Below are positions 38,501 to 48,239 of a stretch of 64,000 nucleotides of DNA, one piece after another. This DNA comes from Candidatus Sumerlaeales bacterium (GTDB lineage: Bacteria > Sumerlaeota > Sumerlaeia > Sumerlaeales > Sumerlaeaceae). The notes beneath the pieces were generated by a model. That model was not told the origin of the DNA. It worked only from the letters and a program-made list of their open reading frames with translations, and searched no databases. A program made the position numbers and the translations under genes. How positions within the stretch are numbered: the first letter of the stretch is position 1; every line of letters begins with the position of its first letter. The DNA lies in assembly GCA_038243585.1 (NCBI GenBank), contig JBBSQY010000001.1:64001-128000 (forward strand), in the 5' to 3' direction.

Positions 38501-38506
38501 ATGGTG

Positions 38507-39088
38507 TTACGCAAAAACCAGCACCTGGGCGGGTCTGATTACGTAGCCATTCAGTTCAAAACCTTTCAGCACTTCCTGGCCGATAGTATTTTGATTATTC
38601 TCGTCGCCCGGCATGGTGCCTACTGCGTCATGAAGATTGGGGTCAAAGGCGGTACCCGGCTGACAGGGTATTTCTTTAAGATTCTGACGATGGAAGACCT
38701 CCTGCATCTGCTGGAGAATTCCCTGGATCCCGGCCCGGAGTGACCCGTAATCTTCCACTTCTTCGGCGTGGCCCATCGCGCGTAAAAAATTATCGTAAAT
38801 AGGCAGTAGTTCCAGCATTATGTCACGCCGCGCTTCTTCCCGCGCCTCCGTGCGTCCCGCAGCCGTGCGTTTGCGATAGTTGTCAAAATCCGCCTGCAGG
38901 CGCATCAACTTGTTCATGAGGTCTGCATGCACAGCTGCCGCCTGCGCCTTAAAATCCGGCTGTTCATCCAACTCGCCAGCCTGGTCTATATCTTGCGCCG
39001 CAATGTCCACTATTTCCGCGTCCTGCTCTTCTGTTCTATCGTCCACTTTATTGTCGCCCTTTGCTTTTCTGAAAAATTGCCTAAACAT
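38507..39088 (-). CDS. grpE: Nucleotide exchange factor GrpE
   Basis: RLQADFDNYRKR, LLPIYDNF, FDPNLHDAV, KGFELNGYVIRPAQV. Confidence 0.95.
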   Translation of the reverse strand: MFRQFFRKAKGDNKVDDRTEEQDAEIVDIAAQDIDQAGELDEQPDFKAQAAAVHADLMNKLMRLQADFDNYRKRTAAGRTEAREEARRDIMLELLPIYDNFLRAMGHAEEVEDYGSLRAGIQGILQQMQEVFHRQNLKEIPCQPGTAFDPNLHDAVGTMPGDENNQNTIGQEVLKGFELNGYVIRPAQVLVFA

Positions 39089-39181
39089 GGGTGGCCGGGC
39101 CTCCCGATTAGCACCTGTCGATCATGTCGCCCGAAAGCGCAGCATATCTAACGTACTTTGACCGAACTTCCGTCGATTTGT

Positions 39182-40078
39182 TCAGCGAGACGCGGGCATC
39201 GGGCGGATCCTGCTTCCGCCTGTCGTCCCCTGAGCTTTCAGCCCCATAATGGCCGCGATACGCTTTTCCGTAGGCGGGTGGGTGCTGAAAAGCTGAGACA
39301 TTCCCCTACCCGTCAACGGATTAATAATAAACATATGCTGAGTGCCTTGGGCCGTTGGCAGCTGCTGACTATGGGCAAAGCTCTCAATCCGACGCAAAGC
39401 GTTCGCCATGGCGTCGGGGTTGCCCGTGGCCTCCACAGCGGCCCGGTCAGCGCCGTACTCCCGGGTGCGGGAAATGGCCATTTGCAACACCATGGCCAGC
39501 ATCGGAGCCAGTATCGCCATCATCAGCAAGACTATCGGGTTGCCGCCTTCCCGGTTGCCACCGCCGAAAAACATACCGAACTGTCCTACGTTCGCCAGCA
39601 TGGCCACCGCCCCAGCGATACTCGCAGCCACGGTGCTGATCAGCGTATCACGGTTGCGTATGTGCCCCAGTTCATGGGCGATGACGCCCTCAAGTTCATC
39701 GGCAGACAAGGCTCGCATGATTCCCTGCGTAACGGCCACAACCCCATGCTCCGGATTCCGACCCGTTGCAAATGCGTTCGGAACTTCCGTCGGAACTATG
39801 CAAATCTTAGGTTTCGGCAGCTTCATCAGTCCGCACAAGCGCTCGACCATCTCATGCAATCGCGGCTCCTCCGACGCACTAACTTCCCTCGCCTTATACA
39901 TTTTAAGGACGATTTTGTCTGAGTGGAAGTAGCTAATCCAATTCATCACAATGCCAACACCCAGGAATAGAACCGTCAACAATCCGCCGGTTCCCATCAT
40001 GCGGTCCAGCACCATGCCGAAGACGCCCAGCAGCCCCGTGAGACCGGCCAGAAGAAAAGTTGTTTTCAGTACACCCAT
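39182..40078 (-). CDS. htpX: M48 zinc metalloprotease HtpX
   Basis: PNAFATGRNP, AHELGH (HExxH), SRTREYGAD, FSTHPP. Confidence 0.95.
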   Translation of the reverse strand: MGVLKTTFLLAGLTGLLGVFGMVLDRMMGTGGLLTVLFLGVGIVMNWISYFHSDKIVLKMYKAREVSASEEPRLHEMVERLCGLMKLPKPKICIVPTEVPNAFATGRNPEHGVVAVTQGIMRALSADELEGVIAHELGHIRNRDTLISTVAASIAGAVAMLANVGQFGMFFGGGNREGGNPIVLLMMAILAPMLAMVLQMAISRTREYGADRAAVEATGNPDAMANALRRIESFAHSQQLPTAQGTQHMFIINPLTGRGMSQLFSTHPPTEKRIAAIMGLKAQGTTGGSRIRPMPASR

Positions 40079-40235
40079 ATCATTGATTCTCCATTAAAAT
40101 ATCCACTGTGAAAGCACGATTAAGTGTTGTGTCTTGCCTTATGATTACAATCTCCGTGCCATCACGAACTCAGGCAATAGCCGCTATTTTTACAAGTTGA
40201 TATTTTTACAATGAAAAGCTGAGGATACAGCACTT

Positions 40236-40742
40236 ATGACGTACACCCCGATACTGGCCACCCTTGGATACATTCTGTCCGACGATGGCCGGTGCGTCTT
40301 AATGATACACCGAAACGCCAGGCCCGGTGATTTGCATCTGGGGAAATTTAATGGCCTCGGCGGAAAGGTGGAGCCTGAAGAAGACATCGGCAGCTGCATG
40401 ATCCGAGAGATTCGCGAAGAAGCGGGCATCGAGGTACAGGCTATGACCCTCCGCGCCACCATAAGCTGGCCGGGGTTTGGGCGAAACGGAGAAGACTGGT
40501 TCGGGTTCATCTTTCTCATAACGAAGTGGACCGGTCAGCCAGCCCTGAAGAATCACGAAGGAGACCTTGAGTGGGTCGAACTGGAAGCTCTGCTGGCCGG
40601 AAAAGTGCCTCTATGGGGCGGCGACCACTTTTTCATTCCCATGATCTTTGATAACAATCCTGAGACGTTCCACGGCGTAATGCCCTACGCCGACGGCAAG
40701 CCCGCCCGCTGGACTTATTACCGTAACAATTCTTTATTGTGA
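40236..40742 (+). CDS. Nudix hydrolase, 8-oxo-dGTPase-like
   Basis: Nudix box GGKVEPEEDIGSCMIREIREEAG; EGDLEW. Confidence 0.9.
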   Translation: MTYTPILATLGYILSDDGRCVLMIHRNARPGDLHLGKFNGLGGKVEPEEDIGSCMIREIREEAGIEVQAMTLRATISWPGFGRNGEDWFGFIFLITKWTGQPALKNHEGDLEWVELEALLAGKVPLWGGDHFFIPMIFDNNPETFHGVMPYADGKPARWTYYRNNSLL

Positions 40743-40924
40743 AACGTCGGACTGGGTAATATCTTGTTTGTAGCAACTGGTTTTCGTGCCAAAATCCTAC
40801 TTTTTCGACCGTGGCGCTGTCCGTTCACGCTGCCATATCGCCATCCTCCCATTATCGAATACTTATGGAATATCGGTTTAAGGTTTCCCTTGGTTACAAG
40901 ATCAGGAGTTATCCGAAAAAAACC

Positions 40925-43000
40925 ATGACTTTTATTCCCCGTTTATGCGCCGTAGCTGCGCTGTTGGGAACAACCTTTTCCCTGTCCGCGGCTGACTATT
41001 ATGTAGCCGACACCGGGCGCACCGCCCGCACCGAGGTGTCAACCTCCGCCGCTCTTTCCATAGTTGGAGATGACGGCCATAATCACACCCCAGGCGATGG
41101 CCATGATCATGGCCCCGATGATTCCGGCCCGATAGATGAAATGACCGTTAAACAGATGGTTTCTCCTGAGGTGGAGGCGGCCATTCTGAGCAGCGGCATT
41201 GACAAGCTGGGCGTACAGAATGAAGGCGTGGAGAGCACCCTGCGCACGTTTGCGGAGATTCAGGTTACCGCCATCACCGGCAAAACAAAGTATGAGGGCA
41301 TGGACCCGGTTTACGCCGTGCTGGGGATGATCTACCAGAACATGAGCTGGGCGCGGGTGCCGATGATTCCAGTTGAAGACGCGGAATTGGCAAAGGCTTT
41401 CGGGCTTGATCCCAACAAGCACAACCGCGTGAGCAGCGTGTGGGTGATGAAAACGCCTAAAGCCCGCATGATGGTGATGAGCAAGCTGCAGGGGATGGAA
41501 TCCCCCGAGGCGGCCGCGCTGTCTGACGACGCGGCGAAGGCGCTTCAAAATTTTTCTTACCGGCTGGGTACGTTTTTGAATCTGCCTGGCGAACTGAAAA
41601 TCGTGCCGATGGCGGGCAATCCCGGCGTATGGCTGGCTCCACTACACCTGGAGCGCCCGGAACTGCTGACCGGGATGGATGAGACGCTGGCCCGGGACGT
41701 AGCGGGTCTGGATAAAAAAGTACAGCCTTACAAGGAATTGATGAGCCTGGACACGGCCCTGAAAGACGCTTTCAATGTAAAAAAGACGGATGGGCTTGCT
41801 GCCTCGACTGGAGCATTTCTGGCCGCCGCCGAGAACGCGGACGGTTATATGTCCCCTCTCAAACGGCAGATGGATTATCTGCAGACGACGATTCATCCGT
41901 TTAAGCGGTCAGCTCAGCTTTTCATGCTGGCCTTTTTTGGCTTTCTCATTTACCTGGCGCTGTTGCGCCGGCAGCGCGGTCCGGCGCCTCGCAATGACGA
42001 GCCGAGGGGCCAGGGGCTAGTGGATGGCCGGGCGGAGGAGTATTCTCCCGGCGGCAAGGATTCTGTTACGTCTCCCATGGCCACGGCTTTGCAGGGGCTA
42101 AACCTGGCACCGGCCATGGCAATGAACGCCGATGGCGCTGATGCGGGCCCAATTGGGGGTTTTCCATCGACAGGGGTCGCTTTTGACAATACCGGTGCCC
42201 GCAACTATGGGGATCCCGTGACCACTGCGACGCTTGAGATTCCAAAGGGAAGCCGCATTTCGTGGGGCATTGCGTTCGGGCTGATGGTGGCGGCGACGGT
42301 TGCGCTGGTGCTTGCACTGGCGAATCGCGCTTATCTCGGCGGACGTATGCCTGTTTCCAATATGTATGAATCCATCACCTTTGCTATGGGCGCGTTTGCA
42401 GTCGTTTCCTGCTTTTACGAAGCGATCCATCGCCGCGCATGGGTAGGAGTGGGGGCCAGTTTCGCCGGATGGGTCCTAATGACCATGGCTAACAGCATGC
42501 CGCTTCATGCCCGCAAAATTGATCCGCTGGTTGCGGTACTCAATTCCGTCTGGCTGAACTTCCACGTGACCTCCCTTCTTATCAGCTATAGCCTGTTCTT
42601 ACTGGCTTTCGTGTTTGGGGTTCTATTTCTGATCAAAGACTTGACCGGAAACCGTGCAGGTGTGCTGCCGCGCGCAGAGACATTTGAATACCTGACCTAT
42701 CGATCCGTTCAGTTTGGCTGGCCGCTGCTGACCCTGGGAATCTTTTTAGGCGCGGTGTGGGCAAATACAGCGTGGGGAAGCTTCTGGAGCTGGGATCCGA
42801 AGGAAACCTGGGCGCTTATCACATGGCTCACGTACACGATTTACCTGCATTTGCGCATCAATCTGGGGTGGAACGGGAAGCGTTCCATCGTGGCCAGTAT
42901 GATAGGTTTCGTGATGGTGTTGCTGACCTATTTCGGGGTTTCCTACCTGCCGGGTCTGGCTGGCGGAATGCATTCCTATGCAGAACCAATCACTCGGTAA
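40925..43000 (+). CDS. ccsA: System II cytochrome c biogenesis protein CcsA with a large N-terminal extracytoplasmic domain
   Basis: WWD motif GAVWANTAWGSFWSWDPKETW; P.SNMYES; VLNSVWLNFHV; terminal GMHSYA. Confidence 0.9.
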   Translation: MTFIPRLCAVAALLGTTFSLSAADYYVADTGRTARTEVSTSAALSIVGDDGHNHTPGDGHDHGPDDSGPIDEMTVKQMVSPEVEAAILSSGIDKLGVQNEGVESTLRTFAEIQVTAITGKTKYEGMDPVYAVLGMIYQNMSWARVPMIPVEDAELAKAFGLDPNKHNRVSSVWVMKTPKARMMVMSKLQGMESPEAAALSDDAAKALQNFSYRLGTFLNLPGELKIVPMAGNPGVWLAPLHLERPELLTGMDETLARDVAGLDKKVQPYKELMSLDTALKDAFNVKKTDGLAASTGAFLAAAENADGYMSPLKRQMDYLQTTIHPFKRSAQLFMLAFFGFLIYLALLRRQRGPAPRNDEPRGQGLVDGRAEEYSPGGKDSVTSPMATALQGLNLAPAMAMNADGADAGPIGGFPSTGVAFDNTGARNYGDPVTTATLEIPKGSRISWGIAFGLMVAATVALVLALANRAYLGGRMPVSNMYESITFAMGAFAVVSCFYEAIHRRAWVGVGASFAGWVLMTMANSMPLHARKIDPLVAVLNSVWLNFHVTSLLISYSLFLLAFVFGVLFLIKDLTGNRAGVLPRAETFEYLTYRSVQFGWPLLTLGIFLGAVWANTAWGSFWSWDPKETWALITWLTYTIYLHLRINLGWNGKRSIVASMIGFVMVLLTYFGVSYLPGLAGGMHSYAEPITR

Positions 43001-43131
43001 TGTCGGGCACGCTTAAAGCGTGATCATTTTTCGTGCAGTCAGCAAAACGATGTACGATTAAGTGGGAGTTAAGTCCGGAAATCGAGTAATTTTCGGTGTT
43101 AGACAGTGACGATGCAGATCGGATGGGTGCC

Positions 43132-43701
43132 ATGATGACGGAACAGAAAATTTCAGCCGGAAACAGTATGGGGGATCAGGAAGCGCATGATTCTATATGC
43201 TTTGCCGCGTTGCCGGACGACATCGTCGTCGTGCGGATTAGCGGTCGTGGCACGTTCCATAACAGCATGGAGTTGCGTCGCCTGGCGGATGCTATCGTCC
43301 GCCAGAAGGTAGCACCGGCCCCTCAATTTATCGTCGATCTGGAAAACTGTATTACCATGGATTCCACTTTCATGGGAGTGCTGGCAAGCATTGGACTGCG
43401 GCAGTTGAAACAGGTAGGCAAACAGCTGGTAGTGGCCAATGCGAATCAGCAAAACGTACGTCTATTGACAACCCTGGGCTTAACGCAGTTCATCACTGTG
43501 CGACAATGTCAGGAAGATGCTTTGCGGATCTCTGATGACGAATTTCAATGCATGATCCGCGAGGACGTTAGCCGCACGGATCGGATAGTTCACATGATAG
43601 AAGCCCATAGAGATTTGTGTCAGGCGGATCCTTCAAACAATCTAAGGTTTGAAAGCGTCTTAAAATACCTGAATGACAGCTTGGAGAACGAACCAAAGTA
43701 G
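43132..43701 (+). CDS. STAS-domain anti-sigma-factor antagonist
   Basis: VDLENCITMDSTFMGVL with the phospho-acceptor Ser; LLTTLGL; C-terminal EAHRDL...N..RF. Start uncertain. Confidence 0.85.
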   Translation: MMTEQKISAGNSMGDQEAHDSICFAALPDDIVVVRISGRGTFHNSMELRRLADAIVRQKVAPAPQFIVDLENCITMDSTFMGVLASIGLRQLKQVGKQLVVANANQQNVRLLTTLGLTQFITVRQCQEDALRISDDEFQCMIREDVSRTDRIVHMIEAHRDLCQADPSNNLRFESVLKYLNDSLENEPK

Positions 43702-43811
43702 GATCTGAGTAGATCAGGGCTATGGCGCTTGTAAATCCGTCTTATCTCAAATGCGCCTGACGAGATAATTATCGGAAATAACCTCAATTCTATTAAGACC
43801 TTTAAACATTC

Positions 43812-44933
43812 GTGGTAGGATTAACGGGCGACCAAGCGCCAATAACTTCCTTTCAGGGACTTAGACTTTTGACGACGACTCAACTTAAGACCTTATCAAA
43901 ACAGCATCTCTTTCTATTAATTAACGCGGGGCTGATCCTAACAACACTTCTATCCGGACCATCGGCCTTTGCCCAAGCCAGCAATACCACGAACCTAGAA
44001 GGCGTGGATATAACCTTGTCCCTGGACAAGACCCGCGTTCATGTGGGCGAGCCGGTGATACTTAATATCACTATGGAAAACTCATCCGGGGTGCCCAGGG
44101 TTAATCTGCTGGCGAATTTCCAATTGCCGGAAGGCAATAACCTGGAGGTCACTGTGCAACCGGCGGGAGAACTGGATTATCGTTACGCAGGCGCTTTCGA
44201 TCCGGGAACGTTTCCGTCCATTCCGATTTCTTTGTATAGGAACGATCCAAAATCTCTCGATACACTACTTCTTTATGACAGAAAACAAGATTCCGGGCTT
44301 CTTTTCAGCAAGCCGGGTAAATATGAGGTTTCTGCTAAGTTTAAATTAAGGATTGGTGGCAGCGTTAATTTTTCAACCGCCAACCTTCCGCCTGTGGCGA
44401 TTGATGTGGTTCCCGCGGTGGGTCTCGACCTGGAAGCACTTGGACTGCTAAAGGAACCTGATACAATCCGGGCATTACACCTGGGGGTTATTCCCACAAC
44501 CGGAAGTCTACTGAATACCGTTGTCGATCTGGCAAAACGCTACCCGTCAACAGCCGTTGGTACGCTAGCCATGCGCGCTGCGGGCCACTATTATGCACGC
44601 GGAAACGGCAATGATCTGGAGCGGGGAACCCAGCTGCTGCAAGACTTCATAGCCTCGGGACGTGTTCCCGTTGATCTTGATGGTACTGCCTGGACGATCA
44701 TGACTTCCTACCATCTGAACAAAAAGTTTGATCTGGCGAGAGAATGGGCGTTTTATCTAATTCGCACATATCCTGAGTCCATCCGAATTCGGGCCGAAGA
44801 TGCACTCCTTTATTATTATTACTATGAGCCGGAGCAGTTCGCCTCTGAAATACCCTGGTATTTATTTAAAGCTCCGTGGGTAGTTCCTGGCGTCGAACCG
44901 CCGACTGATCTGAAACCGCGCCAGGGTGAGTAA
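43812..44933 (+). CDS. Secreted hypothetical protein (Ig-like domain plus TPR-like helices)
   Basis: Hydrophobic leader ending AFA; LSLDK...VGEPV.L.I...N; PGKYEV; YPS helical repeats. Start uncertain. Confidence 0.65.
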   Translation: MVGLTGDQAPITSFQGLRLLTTTQLKTLSKQHLFLLINAGLILTTLLSGPSAFAQASNTTNLEGVDITLSLDKTRVHVGEPVILNITMENSSGVPRVNLLANFQLPEGNNLEVTVQPAGELDYRYAGAFDPGTFPSIPISLYRNDPKSLDTLLLYDRKQDSGLLFSKPGKYEVSAKFKLRIGGSVNFSTANLPPVAIDVVPAVGLDLEALGLLKEPDTIRALHLGVIPTTGSLLNTVVDLAKRYPSTAVGTLAMRAAGHYYARGNGNDLERGTQLLQDFIASGRVPVDLDGTAWTIMTSYHLNKKFDLAREWAFYLIRTYPESIRIRAEDALLYYYYYEPEQFASEIPWYLFKAPWVVPGVEPPTDLKPRQGE

Positions 44934-44938
44934 TAAAA

Positions 44939-45817
44939 ATGCCTTTGTCTAACTCCCCGGCACCGTCGTGGCGCTGGAAGGTGCGCGGGCGCGACTTTGA
45001 CCTGCGCGAAAAGACGCTGATCATGGGCGTTCTCAATCTGACGCCGGATTCTTTCAGCGACGGAGGCCGCTTTTACGATAGTAACTCCGCCCTGGTTCAC
45101 GGCGAAGCGCTGGTGGAAGCCGGAGCGGATATCATAGACCTGGGCGCGAAAAGCACAAGGCCGGGAAGCATTGATGATACTGTATCGGCGGATGAGGAGT
45201 GGATCCGTCTTGAACCTGTCCTTAAGACACTGAGAACGAGATTTCCGACACTTATGCTTAGCGTGGACACTTACCGAGGTGCAACGGCGGAACGCGCGCT
45301 GGATGCGGGCGCCGATATAATTAATGACATTTACGCGCTGCGCCACTCGCCTGAGATTGCGAGCCACTGTGCCAGTCACGGGGCGGGGCTATTGTTAATG
45401 CACATGCAGGGGACGCCGGAGACAATGCAGGCAAACCCGGTCTACGAAAATGTACTTGCGGAAATACGAGACCAGCTGCGGGCGGCCATGGACACGGCAA
45501 CGGCGGCAGGCCTCCCGGAAGATAATGTGGCCGTGGACCCGGGCATTGGATTCGGAAAGACGGTGGAGCATAACATTGAAATTCTTGCAGGACTTGAGTA
45601 CCTGCGCCTTATGCAGCGGCCTATTTGCGTTGGCGCGTCACGCAAGGGTTTCCTGGGTAAACTGACCGGCGGACTGCCGGTAGATGAGCGCGAGGAAGCC
45701 ACCCTTGCAGCCCATTGCGCCGCGATCCTTCACGGCGCTACGATCATACGAACGCACAACGTTCAAGCGGCAACACGCTCGGTCGCGGTAATTGATGCAA
45801 TCCGGCAGCGAATGTAG
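44939..45817 (+). CDS. folP: Dihydropteroate synthase
   Basis: MGVLNLTPDSFSDGG, STRPG, SVDT, IIND, MHMQG, DPGIGFGK, SRK, RTHNV. Confidence 0.96.
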   Translation: MPLSNSPAPSWRWKVRGRDFDLREKTLIMGVLNLTPDSFSDGGRFYDSNSALVHGEALVEAGADIIDLGAKSTRPGSIDDTVSADEEWIRLEPVLKTLRTRFPTLMLSVDTYRGATAERALDAGADIINDIYALRHSPEIASHCASHGAGLLLMHMQGTPETMQANPVYENVLAEIRDQLRAAMDTATAAGLPEDNVAVDPGIGFGKTVEHNIEILAGLEYLRLMQRPICVGASRKGFLGKLTGGLPVDEREEATLAAHCAAILHGATIIRTHNVQAATRSVAVIDAIRQRM

Positions 45818-45838
45818 CAGCGCTAAACGCTGCCATTC

Positions 45839-47053
45839 TTAAAATGGAGGATGAGGGCCAAACATTGGGCCACCCTGCATCATCGGCATAGGCGGCGGCA
45901 TAAGCCCGAAAGGTGGTGGCATACCTACGGGTCCCATGGGCATACCGAACTGTCCTTCGGTAACATGGCGGGACATTACAGTTTCCTGCACCGGGGCAAA
46001 GTCAATTTCCGATTGCCGGGGGGATGTTGCTTGCTGTTTAATTGCTTCACCGCGAGTTATGCTGACCGATTGAGCTCTGATGACGGGTCTGCCGTTCGCG
46101 CCGCCGATCTCGCGGCCTTTTATGGAAACAAAGGATCCCGGCGCGGGAACATCCTCATCCTCATCTTCCAATATCACCTGGATCATCCGGCTATCATCGG
46201 TGTTCAGCAAAATCCGCGGCTTACCATCGGACGATCGCATCATTCCCACAACTTGACCGGACATCGACTGCCGTTCACCGTTTCCGCTCGCGCCGCTGCG
46301 TTCAGGCTGCATTTGACCACCATTGGTCCGTGCAGCCGCCTGCTCCGCCTTCCGCTCTTCATCGCCTATCGGCATTGAAGTTTTAACGCTTATCCCGCTC
46401 CCAAGCTCTTTGGTTGATACCGTTTCAATAATGGTCTTTTCCGGAACAGCTGTGCTGTCGGAATCCTCACTATAAAAAGAATTGCCTTCATTGGATTTGC
46501 TTTTGGACTCCTTTGACGACGCAACGGTCTTCTCGTTTTTTGCGGATTTCGGAGTGTTCTTTTCTGGAGTTTTGGCTTCAACCTTATCCAGGTTTTTCAC
46601 ATCTGACTTTGCCTCCGCCTGCACCTTAGCCGTGGCCTCTGCGGCCGCTTTTTTCTCACTATCGGCCGATTTAATAACCGATTTAGCCATCTCAGCTTTC
46701 TTATCAGCGGCAGCCTTTTTCGCTTCTGCGGCTTTTACTGCAGCCTGCTCTGACTCGTTCAACTCTGTTTTGCGACGTGTTTCCGCCGCTAAAACCGCTG
46801 CCTCGTCAGCCCGCTTTTTAATCTCGTCCTTTTGTTCTTCCTGGGCCAGTTTCGCGGCCTTTTGTTCCTCCAACTCCAGCCGAGCGTCTTCCATTGCCTT
46901 GCGCATAAGCCGGTCACGTTCCGCATCCGAAATGTGATTTTTCGCTGCCGACCCCGCAGCGGTCTGGCTTGTCGCATCCTGGCCCACAGCCGTCCAACTT
47001 CCGGCGATCCCGATTATGGTTAGAATTCCAACAATTGCAAGACTTCTGGACAC
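45839..47053 (-). CDS. Secreted hypothetical protein with an A/E/K-rich coiled coil, possible OB-like domain and Pro/Met-rich tail
   Basis: Signal-like leader; low-complexity helical region; short beta-rich C-terminal domain. Confidence 0.65.
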   Translation of the reverse strand: MSRSLAIVGILTIIGIAGSWTAVGQDATSQTAAGSAAKNHISDAERDRLMRKAMEDARLELEEQKAAKLAQEEQKDEIKKRADEAAVLAAETRRKTELNESEQAAVKAAEAKKAAADKKAEMAKSVIKSADSEKKAAAEATAKVQAEAKSDVKNLDKVEAKTPEKNTPKSAKNEKTVASSKESKSKSNEGNSFYSEDSDSTAVPEKTIIETVSTKELGSGISVKTSMPIGDEERKAEQAAARTNGGQMQPERSGASGNGERQSMSGQVVGMMRSSDGKPRILLNTDDSRMIQVILEDEDEDVPAPGSFVSIKGREIGGANGRPVIRAQSVSITRGEAIKQQATSPRQSEIDFAPVQETVMSRHVTEGQFGMPMGPVGMPPPFGLMPPPMPMMQGGPMFGPHPPF

Positions 47054-47161
47054 TATGCCACCTCTATCATTTTACTCTGTCTACCGGTAGACAGGGGTTT
47101 GGACAAAAAAGATTCGAAAACGATACAACCGTTTGTATCTTATGGCATGGTTTGTTCCAGA

Positions 47162-48088
47162 TCATCCACTCTTCTGAGGAACGGGCTCAACCGATGACTT
47201 TTTGTCCTCTACGGACGCGTTCCGCGTCGGCCACGAAACTAATACCACCGCGCCAATTATCAGACAAGCCGCAATCAGACTTCGCCCGGTCACCACCTCT
47301 CCAGCTACCGCCCAGCCGATAAAGACAGCTACTACAGGATTGACATACGCGTAAGTAGACGCCACGGCAGGGGTCGCATGGCGAAGCACGTAAATGTACG
47401 CGCTAAAACCGACCAACGACCCAAATACGACAAGGTACAATAAGGCCAGCCAGGAATCCAGCGTAACAGCCGCAACATCAAATCCCTGGTGTTCGCCGCT
47501 GACAAATCCTGCCGTGGTTAGCAACACGAACCCGACAAGCATTTGCAAAGCCGACATCATAACGGGACTCGCCTGCGAATGCAGCGTCTTAGAATAGATC
47601 GACCCGACGCTCCAGGCAAACGACGCTGCCACGACAACCAGACCAGGAACCAGCGGGACATGGCCAGCCACTCCGGATATCCGACCCGGGCCAATCAAAA
47701 TAATAAGGCCGATAAAACCGATGACGAGGCCGCCTATGGCCAGGGGTCCAGGCCGCGGCCCCTTCAGCCAAAGCCAGCCCAGCAACTGAAACCAGAACGG
47801 CCCCGATCCTACCATGAGAGCGGTTAGCCCGCTTGGCACATATTGTTCCGCATAGGTGACTCCCCCGTTGCCACACAACAGAAGAAGAAATCCCATAATG
47901 GCCGCGGATTTCCACATATGCCTCTGGATGCGCTCCCCTTTGATATAACGCATATAACCGTACAGGATACTGCCGGCCAGTAAAAACCTGAAACCTGCCA
48001 TGAAAAAAGGGGGTATCGTATGAATTGCGCGCGCGATGGCTAAATAGGTCGAACCCCAAAACACATAAACGAGCAGCAACGCCGTCAC
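47162..48088 (-). CDS. EamA/DMT-family transporter (YedA-like)
   Basis: YVFWGSTYLAI, PPF.MAG.RF, YAYVNPVVAV; about 10 TM helices. Start uncertain. Confidence 0.92.
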   Translation of the reverse strand: MTALLLVYVFWGSTYLAIARAIHTIPPFFMAGFRFLLAGSILYGYMRYIKGERIQRHMWKSAAIMGFLLLLCGNGGVTYAEQYVPSGLTALMVGSGPFWFQLLGWLWLKGPRPGPLAIGGLVIGFIGLIILIGPGRISGVAGHVPLVPGLVVVAASFAWSVGSIYSKTLHSQASPVMMSALQMLVGFVLLTTAGFVSGEHQGFDVAAVTLDSWLALLYLVVFGSLVGFSAYIYVLRHATPAVASTYAYVNPVVAVFIGWAVAGEVVTGRSLIAACLIIGAVVLVSWPTRNASVEDKKSSVEPVPQKSG

Positions 48089-48239
48089 AAGCCGGGCAGG
48101 AATAGTCTTACCCCCAGACCCTGGTCTGCAAAATCAACAAGTGCCATAATCCATCTGAGCCCGAAAACATTAATATGTGCGAAGATTACGCAGGCTTGCC
48201 TTCTATTCATCACTCACATCAAATGAAAGCGACAACGCG

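Noticed and set aside
38305..38506. T-box leader for ileS
   Set aside because: No recognisable T-box or antiterminator motif; the space is occupied by a REP-like inverted pair.
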